Virus record (IMG/VR): IMGVR_UViG_3300025009_001990
Coordinates: 4,211-68,210 of that record
DNA: 64,000 nucleotides
DNA from: a virus
Strand: one strand, 5' to 3'
Part shown: piece by piece, positions 27,274-35,627 of the stretch
Numbering within the stretch: position 1 is the first letter of the stretch
Layout: every line of letters starts with the position of its first letter
Notes under the pieces: generated by a model
Database searches by the model: none
Seen by the model: only the letters and a program-made list of their open reading frames with translations
What the model was told of the DNA's origin: nothing
Position numbers and translations under genes: made by a program

Positions 27274-27996
27274 ATGCTATCTCTTATTTATTCATATTAT
27301 GAAAATCCTGGAATGTATCGTCGGCAAGTCGAGGAATGGAATCAATATCCTGATAAAATAAAGAAACTCATTTCGATATACATAACTGATGATTGTTCTG
27401 TTAATTTTCCGTTGAGAGATATTAAAGAAAGTCTTAAAGGAATAGAAATATATAAATTTGAAATAACAAAAAAAGCAAATTGGAATTGGTTGGCTTGTAG
27501 AAATATCGGTTCACACTATTCAGATAAAAAATGGTTACTTTTAACTGATATCGACCATTTGGTGTCCGTAGAAAATATTGAAAAGCTGATAAGGACAATT
27601 TCTAAAAATAGATTGAATGATAATTTTGTTTATTTGTTTGAACGTGTAGATGCTCCTTTTAATATTCCGTATAAACCTCATAATGATTCATTTATGATGA
27701 CAAAAAGTTTGTATTGGAAGATTGGAGGGTATGACGAAGAGCTTTCCGGTAATTACGGTACAAGCGGAAGATATCGTGCAAGAGCGTTTAGTATAGCAGA
27801 AGGAAACAAAAGATTTCAAATATCCCTTATTAGATACCCCAGGGAATTAATTGCTGATGCAAGTACTGTCGGAATGATTAGAAAAGGAAGTGGAAGAGAT
27901 CCATTAGCGTTAAAAAGAATTGAAGATAAAAAGTTGGTGGAAGGAAGAGAAAAAGAAATTAAAACTTTATCATTTCCATATCAAAGGATTTTATAA
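27274..27996 (+). CDS. Glycosyltransferase, GT-A fold (GT2/GT7-like)
   Basis: ITDDCS, ACRNIG, LTDID (DxD) and IGGYDE motifs. Confidence 0.8.
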   Translation: MLSLIYSYYENPGMYRRQVEEWNQYPDKIKKLISIYITDDCSVNFPLRDIKESLKGIEIYKFEITKKANWNWLACRNIGSHYSDKKWLLLTDIDHLVSVENIEKLIRTISKNRLNDNFVYLFERVDAPFNIPYKPHNDSFMMTKSLYWKIGGYDEELSGNYGTSGRYRARAFSIAEGNKRFQISLIRYPRELIADASTVGMIRKGSGRDPLALKRIEDKKLVEGREKEIKTLSFPYQRIL

Positions 27997-29324
27997 TGAA
28001 ACCAGTTGTTAAAATCAAATTCAGTAACGGAGCTGGGAATAATATATTCCAGTATGTTTACGCCAGAATGTTGGCAGAATCTATCGGAGGAGTATTAAGC
28101 CATCCCGCCCTACCCGTTTTAGGAATTAAAGCAAATACTGTCAAATTCAATTCTAAATATCCTGTTGTTGAAGTGAATGGAAGTTCGAAAAATCCGGTAA
28201 ATTATCATCAAATATTGAAAAATAAAAAAGTGGTGAATTATGATCTTAGAATATATCCGGAAGATTTCACATTGTATACACCGATACTGGATGAGATTCG
28301 TTCTTGGTTTCCGGCAGTTGAGAGAATTAATGTTGATGATCTTTGTTTTCATTTGCGCCTTGGGGATCGTCTTATTATGCAAAGTACTTACAAAGAGGAA
28401 AACTTTGTAAGTACTCAAGACTTCATTAAAGCAATTGATTCTTTCAATTTCAGGAAACTTCATATTGTTACCGATATGCCTGTCTGGCGTCCGATATTTG
28501 CTGGAGATGTAGACAGTTTCGTTTTTCATCGTGGAGTAAAACCAGAAAGTAGAATTGATTCACAAACAGCAGCAAGTTATTTCAATACTCTTTATGAGGG
28601 ATTAATGCAATACGATCCGATTGTTCGAGTAGGAAATTCTGTTCAATCTGATTTTGAATACATGCGAGGATTTGATAAAATACTTTTCCAGCACGGTACA
28701 TTAAGTTGGTGGGCAGCCGCTTTGAGTTATGCTTCTGAAGTCGCCCTTCTTGGTAGATGGAGGGGTTCAAAGAATATTAATCTTGGCTGGACAGATATTC
28801 TCGGTTGGAGGCAATGGGGAAGATTAACTGCTCCATCACATGAATTGAAAGATAGACATCTTGCTCAACTTGCAAAGCAGCACGGATTAAGAACCTTTGT
28901 TGAGACAGGAACAAGAGGAGGAGCAGCGCTTGAAGCTCTTTCCGGACAGTTTGACAAAATGTATTCTGTCGAGCTTATTGAATCGGCTTACAACAAGGTA
29001 AAAACAAAACTCAGGAATCATAAACACATTAAATTGTATTGCGGGGATAGTGCAAAAGTACTTCCGGAAATAATGAAGGAAATAAAAGAACCTACATTGT
29101 TTTGGCTTGATGCTCATGATGGTCGAAAGCATACTCCGATATTAGATGAATTGAAAAGTATATTACCGTCAAAGCTTCACCATGTAATTGCTATTGATGA
29201 TTTGAGATATTTTGGAACTGAGAAAGCATATCCTACTGTTGATACAATAACTGAATTGGTAAAACAATTACAGCCATCAGCTTATATCAGCTTTAAATTC
29301 GATTCAATAAGGATAATGTTATGA
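27996..29324 (+). CDS. GT11 (alpha-1,2-fucosyltransferase-like) domain fused to a SAM-methyltransferase domain
   Basis: GAGNNIFQY, HLRLGD and GTLSWWAA, then FVETGT, GDS, FWLDAH and IDDLR. Confidence 0.75.
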   Translation: MKPVVKIKFSNGAGNNIFQYVYARMLAESIGGVLSHPALPVLGIKANTVKFNSKYPVVEVNGSSKNPVNYHQILKNKKVVNYDLRIYPEDFTLYTPILDEIRSWFPAVERINVDDLCFHLRLGDRLIMQSTYKEENFVSTQDFIKAIDSFNFRKLHIVTDMPVWRPIFAGDVDSFVFHRGVKPESRIDSQTAASYFNTLYEGLMQYDPIVRVGNSVQSDFEYMRGFDKILFQHGTLSWWAAALSYASEVALLGRWRGSKNINLGWTDILGWRQWGRLTAPSHELKDRHLAQLAKQHGLRTFVETGTRGGAALEALSGQFDKMYSVELIESAYNKVKTKLRNHKHIKLYCGDSAKVLPEIMKEIKEPTLFWLDAHDGRKHTPILDELKSILPSKLHHVIAIDDLRYFGTEKAYPTVDTITELVKQLQPSAYISFKFDSIRIML

Positions 29325-29605
29325 GTAAAAACTCTCAAAAAAAATATGCTTTATTTGATCCAAAGACGGGACATGTTACCCAAATAAAAAGAAGCTATCT
29401 TGAAGAAGGTCATCAACCTACTATTTGCGGTGAACATATTGTACTGGCCAATTTAATTGTAGAATTGGTGGAAGATCCTATTGCACGTAAAAGGATTTTG
29501 GAAAAAGTAGACATTGTTTATGATATGGGAAAGAGAATGGGAGCGAAACTTGTTGAATATCATAATGCTTCAGGAAAAGGCGGTGGTTGGCGTGAAGGAT
29601 ATTGA
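29321..29605 (+). CDS. Hypothetical protein (paralog of the next gene)
   Basis: IC..IVLAN..KRMGAKLVEY segment shared with 29592-29873. Confidence 0.65.
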   Translation: MSKNSQKKYALFDPKTGHVTQIKRSYLEEGHQPTICGEHIVLANLIVELVEDPIARKRILEKVDIVYDMGKRMGAKLVEYHNASGKGGGWREGY

Positions 29606-29873
29606 TACAATACTCGATCCATATAAAGTAAGTATTTTTGATACCGACGGAAAACTCCTCCCTGTTCTCCCTAAGTTTCTTTTACCAAATATGGTAAATA
29701 AGATATGTGTTCAAAATATTATTCTCGCCAATTTCATAAATAATCATCCCGTAATGGATAGAGAAACAAAAACAATCATTTTGATGGAACTGGACAAAAT
29801 ATACAAGAGCAGCAAACGAATGCATTTGAAATTGGTTGAATACAAAAATAAGAGGAAAGAGGAATCAAAATGA
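29592..29873 (+). CDS. Hypothetical protein (paralog of the previous gene)
   Basis: Likely GTG start; IC..IILAN..KRMHLKLVEY. Confidence 0.6.
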   Translation: MKDIDTILDPYKVSIFDTDGKLLPVLPKFLLPNMVNKICVQNIILANFINNHPVMDRETKTIILMELDKIYKSSKRMHLKLVEYKNKRKEESK

Positions 29874-30475
29874 TTCAATATAAAAAATTTGCTGATTATG
29901 AAGCTTATGTAAAAAAGCAAGGGGGCAAAATCTCTTTCAGTTTAGATAAAATTAAAGAAAAGAATAGTAGTAGACAGATTAAGTTCGAATCGATTTTTAA
30001 GAAAGTAAAGAATGACTTTTTGAAGGGAAATATACTCTGTCTTGGGGCACGTACCGGGTGTGAGGTAGTAGCAGCAAGAAATTTAGGGTATAAAAAGTCA
30101 TTAGGTGTGGATCTTCATCCGGTTGGAGATTTGGTAGTAAAAGGGGATTGGCACAAATTACTTTTAGGGGTAAGCACTTTTGATAATGCTTTTTGCAATT
30201 CTCTTGACCATTGTTTTGATCTTCCGGCTTTTGTCCAGGAATTGAAAAGCGTTTTGAAACCAGGCGGAATATTTTATTTCATGGTTATGAAGAAAATGGC
30301 TCTTTCAACTGTTGAGGGAAGTATTTCTGATAGGATGGCTTCAAGGGCTTATGATTCAATGTTTTGGGATACTGAGCAGGATATAATTGATGAGTTCGTT
30401 TCTCATGGATTTGAATTACGAAAAACATGGACAGATACCAAATGGTTTCATTGCATACTCAGGAACGTCAAATGA
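29870..30475 (+). CDS. Class I SAM-dependent methyltransferase
   Basis: LCLGARTG, GVDL, GDWH, NSLDH and VLKPGG motifs. Confidence 0.85.
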   Translation: MIQYKKFADYEAYVKKQGGKISFSLDKIKEKNSSRQIKFESIFKKVKNDFLKGNILCLGARTGCEVVAARNLGYKKSLGVDLHPVGDLVVKGDWHKLLLGVSTFDNAFCNSLDHCFDLPAFVQELKSVLKPGGIFYFMVMKKMALSTVEGSISDRMASRAYDSMFWDTEQDIIDEFVSHGFELRKTWTDTKWFHCILRNVK

Positions 30476-32013
30476 TTAATATAGTTTGCTGGAAATGGAA
30501 TCCAATCGAAGGATTACCAACCACAAAAAAGAATCAGAAATATAGTTTTAAGCATGTGAATGCACTATATGAGATGCTTGTTAGGAATGTAACAATTCCG
30601 TTCAAGCTTATTTGTGTGACTGATCATTCTGAAGGAATTATTCCTGAAGTTGAAATTATTCCGTTATGGGATGAGTTCCGAGATAAAGGCGGTTGTTTTG
30701 TTCGTCTTACTTGTTTTAAAAAAGATTTCAGATTATTTGGGGAAAGATTTTGGTCAATTGACCTTGATTGTATAATTACTGGAAATATCAACCATCTTTT
30801 AACTCGTGAAGAAGATTTTTTGATTTGGGCGCCAGAAAGATCCAGAATAAGTAAACGGGTAACTCCATATTGTGGAAGTCTTTTTATGTTGAAAGCAGGA
30901 AGTCATCCAGAGGTTTATGATTATTTCCGTCCAGGTTCGTTTAGCGTAAATCGACATAATCAATATTTAGGGGGGACTGATCAAAAACAAATAGCCAGAA
31001 CAGTTCAAAATGGAAAAACAATAGGACAAACAGAAGGAATATATAATTTTATTCCAGATATTTCCATTCATGATAAAGTTCCTGAGAATGCTTGTATTAT
31101 GTTTTTTAATGGAAAGTTTCTTCCTGACAGCATTGGATTGTTGAGGGAATTTCCGTGGATTGGAGAACATTATCCAGCAGCAGGAACAGGAGTTGATAGA
31201 TATAAAAGGCACACTGAAGAAGATTTACTCAGAAGGGAAAGAGTTGCGGCAAACAGACAATTAAAGAAAGAAGGAATTAAGATACAAAAAGAATTGAAAC
31301 CAATAGATCCAAATCCATTAATTAATTTTATTATCTATTGGTGGGGAAATTGGCCTAACGGAAATTCTCAACTTGGAATTAATTATATAAACAAATTAGC
31401 AAAAGGGATCAAAAATAATATTCCAATTGATTTGAGATATAAGATAGTTTTGTTTACTGACGATGAAAATATTCAAATCGAAAATGTTGAAATAAGAAAA
31501 TTGGATGTTCCGGTTGATCTGAAGTGGAATCTCAAAAAGATGTTTATGTATTCAAAACAAGCAAATTTAGAAGGATATTCCATTTGTTTTGATTTGGATA
31601 CTATAATTACTGGAAGTTTGGAACCGTTAATAAAAGCAACAATCGAAAACAATAAAAATATTATAACATGTCAAGCAGCTTATAAACCAAAATGTATCGG
31701 CGGAAGTATTGTTGGATTTAAATCATGTGATAATCTTGAAAGGCTTTTGTGGAATCCTATTCTGAAAAACAGAGATTTAATTGAAAGAAGAACGAAAGGG
31801 TCAGAGAGATTCTATTTTCAAATGGTATTGGGGATAAGGAAAGTTTCTTTCTGGGAAAATGTCATTCCAGGAAAAGTATTATCATATAAGAGGGATTGTA
31901 AAAATGGACTTCCTGTTGATTCTGCTATTGTTCGATTTCATGGAAATCCTCGGCCGCATGAAGTACGTGATACATGGGTAAAAAGATATTGGATAGGTGA
32001 AAATGATGATTGA
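30472..32013 (+). CDS. Double-domain GT-A glycosyltransferase
   Basis: Two homologous domains, each with CVTD/LFTD, DLD(C/T)IITG and FNGK/FHGNP. Confidence 0.78.
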   Translation: MINIVCWKWNPIEGLPTTKKNQKYSFKHVNALYEMLVRNVTIPFKLICVTDHSEGIIPEVEIIPLWDEFRDKGGCFVRLTCFKKDFRLFGERFWSIDLDCIITGNINHLLTREEDFLIWAPERSRISKRVTPYCGSLFMLKAGSHPEVYDYFRPGSFSVNRHNQYLGGTDQKQIARTVQNGKTIGQTEGIYNFIPDISIHDKVPENACIMFFNGKFLPDSIGLLREFPWIGEHYPAAGTGVDRYKRHTEEDLLRRERVAANRQLKKEGIKIQKELKPIDPNPLINFIIYWWGNWPNGNSQLGINYINKLAKGIKNNIPIDLRYKIVLFTDDENIQIENVEIRKLDVPVDLKWNLKKMFMYSKQANLEGYSICFDLDTIITGSLEPLIKATIENNKNIITCQAAYKPKCIGGSIVGFKSCDNLERLLWNPILKNRDLIERRTKGSERFYFQMVLGIRKVSFWENVIPGKVLSYKRDCKNGLPVDSAIVRFHGNPRPHEVRDTWVKRYWIGENDD

Positions 32014-32677
32014 TCCGATTATTATAACAGGTGCTGCCCGCTCTGGAACATCGATGACTGCTGGAATGATTAATATTTGTGGTGCATTTGGCGGGGATAT
32101 GTTTGGGCCGAATGAGTTTAATCAGAAGGGAATGTTTGAGAATCGTGAAATAAGACAGGATATCGTAAAACCTTATTTAAAAAAGATTGGTGTCGATCCA
32201 TTAGGACAAAGGCCATTACCTAATAATAGACAAATATTCGAATTATCTCCAAGACAAATTGAAGTTTGGAAAAAGTTGATTACTGAATCGATGATAAAGC
32301 AGGGGTACAAAGATGGTCCATGGTTTTATAAAGGAGCAAAGTGCTGTTTAGTTTGGTATCTTTGGTCAATGGCTTTTCCTACTGCAAAATGGGTTATTGT
32401 TCGAAGAAACGATAGAGATATTGCAAAAAGTTGTTTGAAAACTCGATTTATGAGAGCTTATAAAGATGAACAAGGTTGGATGGATTGGGTTCAGGAACAT
32501 AAAAAGAGATTTAACGAAATGAAAATTGTTGGGTTAAACATATTCGAGTTCTGGCCATCGACAGCAATAAAAGGAGATTTTTCATCTGCAAAAGAAATGG
32601 TCGAATGGCTTGGATTGAATTGGCAGGATAAACTTTGCAGGGCTTTTGTCGATCCTAAATTATATTCGAAATTTTGA
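32003..32677 (+). CDS. PAPS-dependent sulfotransferase
   Basis: PIIITGAARSGTS (5'-PSB loop), G-x-FE and IVRR..IAKS (3'-PB-like) motifs. Confidence 0.8.
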   Translation: MMIDPIIITGAARSGTSMTAGMINICGAFGGDMFGPNEFNQKGMFENREIRQDIVKPYLKKIGVDPLGQRPLPNNRQIFELSPRQIEVWKKLITESMIKQGYKDGPWFYKGAKCCLVWYLWSMAFPTAKWVIVRRNDRDIAKSCLKTRFMRAYKDEQGWMDWVQEHKKRFNEMKIVGLNIFEFWPSTAIKGDFSSAKEMVEWLGLNWQDKLCRAFVDPKLYSKF

Positions 32678-32691
32678 TTGGAGAATAGGTT

Positions 32692-33066
32692 ATGGCAAAT
32701 AGAGTTACAGACGATGAAGTGTTTGAGATAATCGAAACATCATTGACCGATATAGATGTTTTTATTAATACTGCGAATTTAATGGTAACTGGATATCTCA
32801 CGGGAAAAGGCTTGTCTGATGCTACATTGAAAGAAATTGAAAAGTATATCTCAGCACACATTCTTTCTTTGCGTGATCCTAGGACGAAATCTGTAGGCGT
32901 GGATGTGCTATCCGAATCTTATCAAGGTCAGTGGGGATTAGGATTGAACGGAACGTCTTATGGACAGACTGCGATATTACTCGATACAAGCGGAACTTTG
33001 GGAATGTTGGCTAAAAACGGATTTGCTCAGGCATCTTCTATGAACGTGATAGGGTGGCATGAATGA
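32692..33066 (+). CDS. Head-tail adaptor
   Basis: Position; IEKYISAH and GLNGTSYGQ..LDTSG motifs. Confidence 0.75.
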   Translation: MANRVTDDEVFEIIETSLTDIDVFINTANLMVTGYLTGKGLSDATLKEIEKYISAHILSLRDPRTKSVGVDVLSESYQGQWGLGLNGTSYGQTAILLDTSGTLGMLAKNGFAQASSMNVIGWHE

Positions 33067-33422
33067 ATCTCCAAAAGTATTTGAATCAGACAGCAGTTTA
33101 TTGGGCGAATCCTGTTTCTGACGGGTTAGGTGGGTATACCTATTCTGATCCTGTCGAAGTCGATGTAAGGTGGACAGATAAGCAGGAAAAAGTATTGTCT
33201 GCCGGATTGTCTGCTGAAAATACTGTTGAAGAAATTCTTTCCAAATCCGTTATCCTAGCTGAATCGGATTTTGATACTCAAGGTCGAATGTTTTTGGGAA
33301 CTTTAATTGATTTAGAAAGCGATAATCTTCCTGGATCAGTAAATGCTTTGACAATTGTTACTGTTGATAAGATCCCGACAATTAACGCAACTCAATTTTT
33401 GAGAAAAGTGTATTTGATATGA
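33063..33422 (+). CDS. Head closure protein
   Basis: Position; QTAVYW..DGLGG. Confidence 0.65.
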   Translation: MNLQKYLNQTAVYWANPVSDGLGGYTYSDPVEVDVRWTDKQEKVLSAGLSAENTVEEILSKSVILAESDFDTQGRMFLGTLIDLESDNLPGSVNALTIVTVDKIPTINATQFLRKVYLI

Positions 33423-33934
33423 ATGAATTGATTGGATTGAATGAAGTTCTTCGTAGGTTGAACAAAACGATTGACGATATTGAACTTCACACGAAAGAAG
33501 GATTGACAGAAGCTGCATTGGTCGTAAAAGCTGATTCGGTCAGAAAAACTCCAATTGATTATGGCAATTTAAGATCAAGTGCTTTTATTATGGTTACTGA
33601 TAATCCAGCAGACAATCAAAGCCCATCATTTAAAGGACCAGAAGCAGCAAAGGCTCAAGCAGATCATTCAAGAGGACTTTCAGAAGGAAGAGGAATCGTC
33701 AATAAGGGAAAACATATTTACAATGCTATTGTCGGATATACAGCTAATTACGCTTTTTGGGTCCATGAGATGCTAATGTTACATGCCGGAGAACTTCGAC
33801 CATCAAGAAGAGGAAATAAAAAAAGAGGAGTATTTTGGCAAGGCGGCGAGAATCAATTTCTTCTTAAATCACTATTGAAAAATAAGGGAAGGATACTGCA
33901 AATACTTGTTAAGTGGGCGAGGATAAAGAGATGA
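33419..33934 (+). CDS. HK97 gp10-like neck/tail completion protein
   Basis: TPIDYGNLRSS, YAFWVHE and QFL motifs. Confidence 0.75.
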   Translation: MNELIGLNEVLRRLNKTIDDIELHTKEGLTEAALVVKADSVRKTPIDYGNLRSSAFIMVTDNPADNQSPSFKGPEAAKAQADHSRGLSEGRGIVNKGKHIYNAIVGYTANYAFWVHEMLMLHAGELRPSRRGNKKRGVFWQGGENQFLLKSLLKNKGRILQILVKWARIKR

Positions 33935-34338
33935 ATCCAGCATCAATTGATTTCAAGGACTATTTATTGACATATTCAGCATTGTCTTCTGCTGAAATTG
34001 ATTTTATATTAGGAACAAATTTGTTTGTTGGACTTCTTCCGGATTTGTCTTCAGGAATTTGCACCTGTTTATTCGAATCTGCCGGAATGACTCCTGAACC
34101 TAATGATATTCGTCAGCCTTCTATTCAAATCTTAACGAGGGGAATTCAAGGAGGATATATTCCAGCCTATTCTGAAATAGAAACAATCTGCAATATCTTT
34201 CATGAATTGACAAACGAAACAATTAACAGTACGCGATATATCCAGATTAGAAAAATAAATGATATAACACACGTAGGAAATGATGAAAAAGGTAGACCGA
34301 TATTTAGTTGTACGTTAAGCGCAATGCGCACAGAATAA
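33931..34338 (+). CDS. Tail terminator
   Basis: PSIQILTRG and GNDEKGRPIF motifs; position before the tail tube. Confidence 0.7.
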   Translation: MNPASIDFKDYLLTYSALSSAEIDFILGTNLFVGLLPDLSSGICTCLFESAGMTPEPNDIRQPSIQILTRGIQGGYIPAYSEIETICNIFHELTNETINSTRYIQIRKINDITHVGNDEKGRPIFSCTLSAMRTE

Positions 34339-34361
34339 CAATCCTGATAAGGAGAATTGAA

Positions 34362-34784
34362 ATGAGTTCAGAGGCAATCAGTGGCGTAGGAACAATTTTT
34401 AAAAGATCGGATATGGAAAGTTCTCCGACTTTTAATGCAATCGCAGAAATTAACAGTGTGCAAGGGCCGGACAAAAGCAGGGCTGTAATTGATGTTACCC
34501 ATCTTGGAAGTACAGGTGGATATCGGGAATTTATTGCCGCATTCAGGGATGGGGGTCAGGTAGTTTTGGAGATGAACTTTACGCGTGATACGTATTTGGA
34601 TATGAATGATGATTATGAGATTGATACTCGTGTTGATTATCAAATCGTTCTCCCGGATACCGGAAATACAACCCTTGAGTTTTCAGGGCTTGTTATAAAT
34701 CTTGGTCTTGGAATTCCCTTGGATAACAAAATTACAGCACCAGTAACGATTAAGATTTCAGGGCCGGTAACAATCACTTCATAA
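34362..34784 (+). CDS. Major tail tube protein
   Basis: IDVTHL, GGYREFIA..DGG and TIKISG motifs (lambda V-like). Confidence 0.85.
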   Translation: MSSEAISGVGTIFKRSDMESSPTFNAIAEINSVQGPDKSRAVIDVTHLGSTGGYREFIAAFRDGGQVVLEMNFTRDTYLDMNDDYEIDTRVDYQIVLPDTGNTTLEFSGLVINLGLGIPLDNKITAPVTIKISGPVTITS

Positions 34785-34818
34785 CAATTAACAAACCAGA
34801 AGTATATAAAACCAAGTA

Positions 34819-35238
34819 ATGGAGTTAAAAATGGAAAATCAAGAAATGAAAGTACTGACAAAAAAAGACATTCTCCGAGTTACTGAATTGAAACGGCAGA
34901 TGGTAGATGTCCCTGAATGGGGTGGTGCTGTTTGTGTTCAGGAGATGACAGGAGAAGCCAGGGCTGAATATGACAAATGGCTTGTTGAAAAAGGAAATGT
35001 GGGGGGGATGAGGATCAGGGTTTTGATTGCTACTGTAATCGATCCCGAAAATGGAAAACAATTATTCTCCGAGTTGGATATTCCGGATTTGCTTTCAAAA
35101 TCATCTTTGGCAATTGAAAGAATATCAGATGTTGGCGGTGATCTTTCCGGCTTGAGCGATAAAGCAAAAGGAGAGCAAATAAAAAACTCCGAAACAGTTC
35201 CGAACGTCGATTTGCCTTCCGACTCTGTAGAGAGTTAG
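34819..35238 (+). CDS. Tail assembly chaperone (G)
   Basis: VPEWGG motif; between tube and tape measure. Confidence 0.8.
   Translation: MELKMENQEMKVLTKKDILRVTELKRQMVDVPEWGGAVCVQEMTGEARAEYDKWLVEKGNVGGMRIRVLIATVIDPENGKQLFSELDIPDLLSKSSLAIERISDVGGDLSGLSDKAKGEQIKNSETVPNVDLPSDSVES
35181..35187 (+). other. Programmed -1 frameshift site A AAA AAC giving the GT fusion (to 35627)
   Basis: In-frame slippery heptamer; the -1 frame reads LRNSSERRFAFRLCRELG..EWMAYEMLEPFG and joins ORF 35298-35627. Confidence 0.85.
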
Positions 35239-35297
35239 GTTATGCTCATCCTGATTATTTATTCCAACATCTCACATCTAGTCAATTTTCAGAGTGG

Positions 35298-35627
35298 ATG
35301 GCTTATGAGATGTTGGAACCGTTCGGGGCTGAACACGAGAGAAATTTAGCAAATTGGCAATGTATGACAACAGCCAATTTTTCACAAATGATGGTAAAGA
35401 ATGAAAAAGGAGAAAGAAAGCTTTGGGAACCATCGGATTTTATTCCTAATCCGATTGAGGAACCGAAAAAAGTTGAGATAAAGAAAAAGCAAAGTACTGA
35501 AGAATTGAAAACGGCTTTGTTGGGACTTGCATCGAATAGTAAAAGAATCGAAGATAAGAAAGCAAAAATCGCAGCCAGAGCAGCAAAAAAAGTAATGAAT
35601 AGGAAACTACGGAGAGAAAGAAAATGA
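35298..35627 (+). CDS. Tail chaperone T portion (expressed by frameshift)
   Basis: EWMAY..EPFG motif; open frame extends back to the slippery site. Confidence 0.75.
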   Translation: MAYEMLEPFGAEHERNLANWQCMTTANFSQMMVKNEKGERKLWEPSDFIPNPIEEPKKVEIKKKQSTEELKTALLGLASNSKRIEDKKAKIAARAAKKVMNRKLRRERK

